64,000 nucleotides of DNA from a virus. The notes beneath the pieces were generated by a model that made no database searches, had not been told where the DNA came from, and saw nothing but the letters and a program-made list of their open reading frames with translations. The DNA lies in the IMG/VR virus record IMGVR_UViG_3300031857_015401, positions 28,871 to 92,870 of that record. One strand, given 5' to 3'. Position 1 is the stretch's first letter. Each line of letters opens with the position of its first letter. The position numbers and the translations under genes are program-made. This document shows, piece after piece, positions 58,624 through 64,000 of this stretch.

Positions 58624-60438
58624 TTACTTATCTATTAAATCTTTCAATTTTTGATCTATTTCGACTAAAGAATTTCTACCTTTAGATAAATCTATAGTTT
58701 CAGGACTATTAAATAATGTATTTTCTAATATTAAATCTAAATCATTTCTTACTAATCTTTCTGTTGGCATTCCAGTATCACCTTCTGGTGGTGGTGCCGG
58801 TGCTCCTCCACCTGTATCTCCTCCTGGAGGTGGTGCCGGTGATCCTCCACCTGTATCTCCTCCCGCTTCTCCTCCAGCAGCTGGAGCCCCTTCTTTTTTA
58901 CCATAAAGTTTATCTATATTATCAAATATACCTGTTTTAGTAATTACTTCTGCGGTTTTTTCTAATTCAGCATAAACCGCTCTTTCAATTCTTTGTTGTT
59001 GCACATCTAATCTTATCTCTTCATCAGAAAACCCTAAAATGTGTTTTTTAGCCCATGACCCTGATACAGGTGCCAATGACTTTGCTACTTCTGCCGTCGC
59101 ATCTTTATAAAGAGTTATCTTTTCTTTCCATATTTCTAAATTTAATAATTCACCTTGTTTAGATGGATTATTTAAACTTAAAGTAAAGTTGGTTAATTCA
59201 TCTTCAAACCCTAATAAAAATAAATGGATGATTGCTATTTTATTTAATTCAGCAATCATTGATTTTTGTATTCTATTAATTGTTCTTGCAAATCTTATAT
59301 CAAGTAAAGATAAGTTTTTACCGTCACCTACCGCCTCTTCAAATCCTAAATATGCTTTAGGTATTCTTAATGCGGTTACAAGTTTCTTTTGAATATATTC
59401 AATATCCGCAATTTCTGCCAAGTTAGCAGCACCCGCCAAAGTAGTAATTGGTTCGGGGGCACCAGCATCCCTAACAGGAATAAAGTAATCTTGATCTACA
59501 GCCATTTGGTTGTATCTCATATCAACATTACCTGTTTTATTATCAACAATTTGATCTCTTTTAAATTTACCGGCAACCCTTTGTACGTAAGCATCAACAT
59601 CTTTATCGTCCATATTACCAACAAATACTTTAAATACTCTTCTTTCAGGTGCTCTTGATACACGATATATTAACATCGCATCTTCACATAATAAAAGTTG
59701 TTTCCAAATACGCCTTGCTTTTTCTAACATAGATGTACCATAAGGTAATTTTCTATCATCACCTAATATTCTAAAATGACCAACTTCCCAAGTGTTAAAT
59801 TCCATATTTTTTTCTTTCCAAACAAACTTTAAAGCATCGTTCTCCATTTCTTGACTATATTTGTCAGGTTGAAATCTCATACCTTTTTCTAATCTTTCAA
59901 TTTGGATGTTTGGTAATTGCTGACAACCAACAATACCTTTTTCAGGGTCTAACTTTAAATAAATAAAATTGTCACCAAACTTACAAGTGTTTCTTGTCCA
60001 CATTGGTAAGTTTGTATTGATGTCTAATTTATTTGTAAATAAATCGGTTAATACTTGTTTTATTCTTTTTGATTCCGAATAAACTTTTAAGATTATACCG
60101 TCTTGATCTGGTGTTGTTGATTCCTCGGCATATATATCTAACGCCGCAGATATTTCAGGAGTATATTCCATTGATTCATAATCGTAATACGATGCCATCC
60201 TTGTCGGTTCGTAATAAACCGCTTGTTGATATAAATTACTTTCAACTTTTTGCCATTGTTGTCCAATGTACATAGTTTGTTGAGACTGTAATTTTTCAGT
60301 TTCGTATTCTTGTTTGTTTGTTGTTTTTAGTAATTCTTTTTTGTCGAATTTAAAAACAGGTGTTTGTTGGTCTAAGTTGGCGTTAGGTCCAAAAACTCTC
60401 CCTAATCTTTGCCAAACTGTATATTTTTGTTCTGCCAT
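58624..60438 (-). CDS. Portal protein (T4 gp20-like)
   Basis: YESMEYTPEISAALDIYAEE, EDAMLIYRVSRAPERRVF, DYFIPVR, ITTLAGA, LRIPK; Gly/Pro-rich tail. Confidence 0.95.
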   Translation of the reverse strand: MAEQKYTVWQRLGRVFGPNANLDQQTPVFKFDKKELLKTTNKQEYETEKLQSQQTMYIGQQWQKVESNLYQQAVYYEPTRMASYYDYESMEYTPEISAALDIYAEESTTPDQDGIILKVYSESKRIKQVLTDLFTNKLDINTNLPMWTRNTCKFGDNFIYLKLDPEKGIVGCQQLPNIQIERLEKGMRFQPDKYSQEMENDALKFVWKEKNMEFNTWEVGHFRILGDDRKLPYGTSMLEKARRIWKQLLLCEDAMLIYRVSRAPERRVFKVFVGNMDDKDVDAYVQRVAGKFKRDQIVDNKTGNVDMRYNQMAVDQDYFIPVRDAGAPEPITTLAGAANLAEIADIEYIQKKLVTALRIPKAYLGFEEAVGDGKNLSLLDIRFARTINRIQKSMIAELNKIAIIHLFLLGFEDELTNFTLSLNNPSKQGELLNLEIWKEKITLYKDATAEVAKSLAPVSGSWAKKHILGFSDEEIRLDVQQQRIERAVYAELEKTAEVITKTGIFDNIDKLYGKKEGAPAAGGEAGGDTGGGSPAPPPGGDTGGGAPAPPPEGDTGMPTERLVRNDLDLILENTLFNSPETIDLSKGRNSLVEIDQKLKDLIDK

Positions 60439-60476
60439 AGTTTTTTTATTAAAAAAATAATATCAAAAGAATAAAA

Positions 60477-62255
60477 TTAAACTCTTCTTCCTCCGAATAA
60501 CCATAAATACTTTTGATAATCACTTTGAGTTACTGTATTTCTATTCATTCCCATTTGATCATACATTGTTACAGGTATTCCTGGATTAAAATTTTGGTGT
60601 GAGTCTTTAAATGTTGAAGTTTCTGTTGCCCAAGATTCTAACATCGCCTTTGCTTGTTCAGTTGCTTTTTCTAATTTTGAAAATGAGGTTTCTGCAACAT
60701 ATAACGCCATAGCCATTGCCATTATAAGGTCATCATGTTGTCCTTTTTGATGGTCAGGTTTTCCGTTTATATATACAAAAGTATTTAATTCGTTATACAG
60801 TCTTTGGGACCTAACTCCAAAATCGTGTCTTAATGCCTCCTCAAAGGCGGCAACTATTTGGACTCTTTTTGAATTAAAGTTAATACCAGGTATTTTATCT
60901 TGTGCTTTTGGGTCCCATTTCCATTTATCAGCAGGATTAATACCGTCCACATATAAATTTTTATACCCTAATTCTTGGAGTTTTCTTGATGTCGCAACAC
61001 CCATACCACCGGTTATATCCGTAACAATAAACGCATTATACATTATTCCCCATTTGTAAGCAATTTCTGCAACAACATCAGGAGGGACTTTTCCAATGTA
61101 TTCTAAAACTTGTTCTCTATTATCAAAATCAATAATTGTAAATGTTGTAAAATCCTCACTATCACCACGAGAAACGTCCATACCCATAATATATCGATGA
61201 CCAGCAACAGGTTCTTTCCATTGCCATAATGCACCACCCATTAATTTATTGTTCGGTTCTTTTAATTGGTTATCTTTTATGGTTTTCATAGTTTCAGGAG
61301 GTATTACATTATCTCCCGAACCTAAAAAGTTACATTCAAGTTCTTGTGATATTTTTCTTCTATCAAACTTTAATTTTTTAGCCATGGCCTCAAACCAAGA
61401 ACTATAAGCCTTGTATCCACCATTTTCTATCCTTTCTTTTATTTCATTAAAATCTCTATCAGAAACTTTAATCTCTGAATAATCTATAGTTATTTCATTA
61501 TCTTTATAGTCAGCCCTATTTAACATATAATGAACAATATCACTACATTTAATTAGTTTTAAATCTTTTGAGTATCTCGGATCTCTAAACCAATACATTT
61601 CAGTAATTCTGAAGTCATTCATTCCTTTAATTGCCTGACTGTATATTGAGTAATAGATAGGGTCAAATCCATTTGGTGTTGAAATTACAATTACTTTACC
61701 TCCTGTTGAAAGGGAAGCCATACATGCTGACCAAAAATCCTCATCGGCATTAATATAAGCCGCCTCGTCAAATATTAATATTGTTGGGGTATATCCACGT
61801 AAAGCATCTTTTGATGTTGCAACCGCCTTTACCTCACAACCATTAGTTAATTTAAAATGTCTTTGTGAATTTTTTTCATTAGAAAACCCAACACCCATCC
61901 ATTTTGGCCATTGTTCAACAAACGCACGAACTTTATTTGCCATCTCAACGGCAGTATCCATTTTGTTTGCGATAATTAGGATTTTTTCAGGTTTTTCTTT
62001 ACGAGCAAAAACTAATCTTTTTGATGCCCATGCTGAGGTTACAGTAGAAACGCCTGCCTGACGATATTTTAATGCAATATTTTCATCACATTCGTCATAA
62101 TCTTTAACCAAAGTAACTTGGTCATTAAATAGTTCTAATGGTACGTATTTTGATTGTGTGTTGTCGTATGTTTGTAAATATGTTTTAAGTGCGTATGGTG
62201 TATCATTTACGCATTTTGCATATTCTAATAAGGCTTGTTCCCTTGTTAACGACAT
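60477..62255 (-). CDS. terL: Terminase large subunit (T4 gp17-like)
   Basis: KYRQAGVST (Walker A), LIFDEAA (Walker B), ISTPNG, QELECNF, GMDVSRG, HDDLIMA. Confidence 0.95.
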   Translation of the reverse strand: MSLTREQALLEYAKCVNDTPYALKTYLQTYDNTQSKYVPLELFNDQVTLVKDYDECDENIALKYRQAGVSTVTSAWASKRLVFARKEKPEKILIIANKMDTAVEMANKVRAFVEQWPKWMGVGFSNEKNSQRHFKLTNGCEVKAVATSKDALRGYTPTILIFDEAAYINADEDFWSACMASLSTGGKVIVISTPNGFDPIYYSIYSQAIKGMNDFRITEMYWFRDPRYSKDLKLIKCSDIVHYMLNRADYKDNEITIDYSEIKVSDRDFNEIKERIENGGYKAYSSWFEAMAKKLKFDRRKISQELECNFLGSGDNVIPPETMKTIKDNQLKEPNNKLMGGALWQWKEPVAGHRYIMGMDVSRGDSEDFTTFTIIDFDNREQVLEYIGKVPPDVVAEIAYKWGIMYNAFIVTDITGGMGVATSRKLQELGYKNLYVDGINPADKWKWDPKAQDKIPGINFNSKRVQIVAAFEEALRHDFGVRSQRLYNELNTFVYINGKPDHQKGQHDDLIMAMAMALYVAETSFSKLEKATEQAKAMLESWATETSTFKDSHQNFNPGIPVTMYDQMGMNRNTVTQSDYQKYLWLFGGRRV

Positions 62256-62258
62256 TCA

Positions 62259-62834
62259 TTATCTTTTAAACTTTTTAATTGTTTTTAATAAATCACCTTT
62301 TGTTGTTGTTGGATTTAAATGACTTTCAATTAATTTCATTATACTCTCTTCAAGTTTTTTTACATTTTCTTTAGATTCCGATTTCTTTTTTTCAGGAAGT
62401 CCTTTGTGTTTTGTTGATGCGAAATCTTTTAAATCTTTTTTAAACATATCTTTTGACATATCTTGGACTTTTTTTGAGACTTTTGATTTTGGTGTATCTC
62501 CTTTTTTAACAGAAAGAGCTAAACCCATTAGTTTTTGTTGTTGTTTTGAAACCGATCTTTCGGTCATTTCCATTTCACCAACAGTAGCAGTATCGTCGTT
62601 TGGGTTCATTTTAACTTTATCTGGGTCAGTAGTTTTAACCTTTTCAAAAAATTTCTTTTGGTCATTAGCATCTTTAAGATTATATTTTGTACTAGTAACA
62701 CTAGTCTCTTCTTTAGTTTCTTTTTTAGATTTTTTTGCTCTTTCATAAAGAACATTTATTTGATTAGATGTTAAGTTTTCTAAAAAAGAGATTGAAACTC
62801 CCTCTTGTAATAATGTCTGTATTTTATAATTCAT
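62259..62834 (-). CDS. DUF3008-like domain protein
   Basis: SKQQQKLMGLAL..KKG...M.KKDLKDFASTKHKGLPEK; likely start MNYKIQ at 62834 (track start 62846). Confidence 0.65.
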   Translation of the reverse strand: MNYKIQTLLQEGVSISFLENLTSNQINVLYERAKKSKKETKEETSVTSTKYNLKDANDQKKFFEKVKTTDPDKVKMNPNDDTATVGEMEMTERSVSKQQQKLMGLALSVKKGDTPKSKVSKKVQDMSKDMFKKDLKDFASTKHKGLPEKKKSESKENVKKLEESIMKLIESHLNPTTTKGDLLKTIKKFKR

Positions 62835-63243
62835 GTGTCCCATCACTTACCAAATTTTTTTCCCATTTTAATACGATGTCTCTTTCGTATAATTTGTTTT
62901 CAACACTGTCAACACTCTCTCCGTATTGAAAAACAAGACGTTTTCTTTTATTTATTAAAATTTCATCACTATCACCCTTTTCCCAACCTAAAGCAATTAC
63001 ACCATCAACAGCATCATAAACACCAAAAAAATCTGAATTTTGAATTAAAATAAGTTCAATTTCAGAATTTTTTAAAACACCAACTTTTTTTACGTAATCA
63101 ATATTAGGTGGTTGTGGTCTTCCATTTGCTGGTTCTGCATCCCAATCATCACCCCAAACATCATCAACATCAGAAAAGATAAATTCATATATATTATCTC
63201 CTCTAAAATTAGGTCCTAATTCGTTTACATAAACTAAATTCAT
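62824..63243 (-). CDS. Hypothetical phage protein
   Basis: 139 aa; LVYVNELG...YEFIFS...DAVDGVIALGWE. Confidence 0.6.
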   Translation of the reverse strand: MNLVYVNELGPNFRGDNIYEFIFSDVDDVWGDDWDAEPANGRPQPPNIDYVKKVGVLKNSEIELILIQNSDFFGVYDAVDGVIALGWEKGDSDEILINKRKRLVFQYGESVDSVENKLYERDIVLKWEKNLVSDGTHEL

Positions 63244-64000
63244 ATAACCCTCCCTCTTGGTGTTACTCTATATTGTTTTCCGTTTTTAACAAAAATTAAA
63301 TTTTCTTGGTTTGTTCTACCAATAAACTTAGCATTTTCATTTAACATCGCTAAACCTGTTTCAAACTGATCGATAGTTTCACTTAATTTTCTTAATTCTT
63401 TTTTTGTTTCAACTAATTGTAATTTTTTTCTTAAAAAGTCTTTTTTTCTTTTTTCTTCTAAAATTGGTTTTTCTGAAGGTTTAATATCAAAATATTTAGA
63501 TAAAACTTTTGCAACATTAGATTCCATAACAGGAGGTTCTGATGGTGGTGCAGGTTCATTAGATGGTTCCTCACCCATTGGTGGTTCTGTCATATCTAAA
63601 TCTTCTTCTGTTCCCATATCTAAATCCTCATCTCCCATATCATATTCATCCCCTTCATCAAATTTAGCCATTATATCGTCTTTATCGTCTTCGTCTAGAT
63701 TTTCTAAATTAATTGCCGATAATATAGAATTAACAACATATTTAATATCTTGTGAATCCATTCCTTTATCTTTGTCAAAAGATCTTATTTTTTGACTTAA
63801 TCTTCCTGTAAGTTTTTGTATTGATTTTAACCCTGACGGTCCTGAAGGTTGTTCTTCATCATCTGAAGGTTCCTCCATTCCCATATCTTCTCCTTCAGGT
63901 GCTGGTGGTTCCATTCCCATATCTTCTCCTTCAGGTGCTGGTGGTTCCATTCCCATATCTTCTCCTTCAGGTGCTGGTGGTTCCATTCCCATATCTTCTC
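63240..64000 (-). CDS. C-terminal part of a large acidic low-complexity protein (start lies beyond the window)
   Basis: Frame stays open to the window edge; MGMEPPAPEGED repeats; IQKLTGRLSQKIR...IKYVVNSILSA. Confidence 0.7.
   Translation of the reverse strand, partial: EDMGMEPPAPEGEDMGMEPPAPEGEDMGMEPPAPEGEDMGMEEPSDDEEQPSGPSGLKSIQKLTGRLSQKIRSFDKDKGMDSQDIKYVVNSILSAINLENLDEDDKDDIMAKFDEGDEYDMGDEDLDMGTEEDLDMTEPPMGEEPSNEPAPPSEPPVMESNVAKVLSKYFDIKPSEKPILEEKRKKDFLRKKLQLVETKKELRKLSETIDQFETGLAMLNENAKFIGRTNQENLIFVKNGKQYRVTPRGRVI
63875..64000. repeat. 36-bp perfect tandem repeat, at least 3.5 copies, encoding MGMEPPAPEGED
   Basis: ccattcccatatcttctccttcaggtgctggtggtt at 63875, 63911, 63947 and a partial copy at 63983. 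Confidence 0.95.

Noticed and set aside
9872-62255. Introns or inteins in polB, terminase, helicase or capsid genes
   Set aside because: ORFs are continuous, of expected size, with motifs in order; no intein or homing-endonuclease motifs were noticed
534-63053. Numerous 60-120 aa ORFs in the track that lie antisense to, or out of frame within, long genes (e.g. 534-836, 9137-9490, 29698-30018, 41694-42056, 54847-55077, 62404-62748)
   Set aside because: They are shadows of well-supported genes, mostly with non-ATG starts and no recognisable motifs
1-64000. Stop-codon reassignment, as in some large Bacteroidota phages
   Set aside because: Conserved genes are full length and densely packed under the standard code, and TAA and TGA both serve as real stops
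1-64000. tRNA, rRNA, integrase or transposase genes
   Set aside because: Intergenic gaps are short and AT-rich with no cloverleaf or T-loop signature seen, and no recombinase motifs were found

Overview
The whole window is a segment of a large, AT-rich (roughly 27-30% GC by eye) T4-like myovirus (jumbo-phage type) genome read in the standard genetic code. The host is almost certainly Bacteroidota (Flavobacteriia-like), judged from a Flavobacterium-type bS21, a DUF4494-like protein, T9SS-style secreted proteins and SD-less A/T-rich translation starts. Left to right it holds: tail sheath and neck/terminator genes, a SNF2 helicase, a HExxH-domain/Fe-Mn SOD fusion, a family B DNA polymerase and tail-fibre/lectin genes; a five-gene operon with a WYL protein; a ~19 kb glycosylation locus (about 8-9 glycosyltransferase-like genes plus sugar-nucleotide enzymes, interleaved with an exonuclease, dUTPase and PhoH) ending at a gp55-like late sigma factor; baseplate/spike genes; a three-gene cassette with two Bacteroidota-type secreted (probable type IX secretion cargo) proteins; and the head module (major capsid, scaffold, prohead protease, bS21, portal, large terminase). 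The most interesting signals are the putative phage-encoded T9SS cargo cassette with an attenuator-like leader, the O-antigen-like glycan island with several catalytically altered enzymes, a candidate late promoter TATTTATA that is the reverse complement of the T4 motif, and small-domain proteins with I/L-x-E helices that may be protease-processed capsid cargo. All family assignments are motif recognition by eye; no database searches were run.
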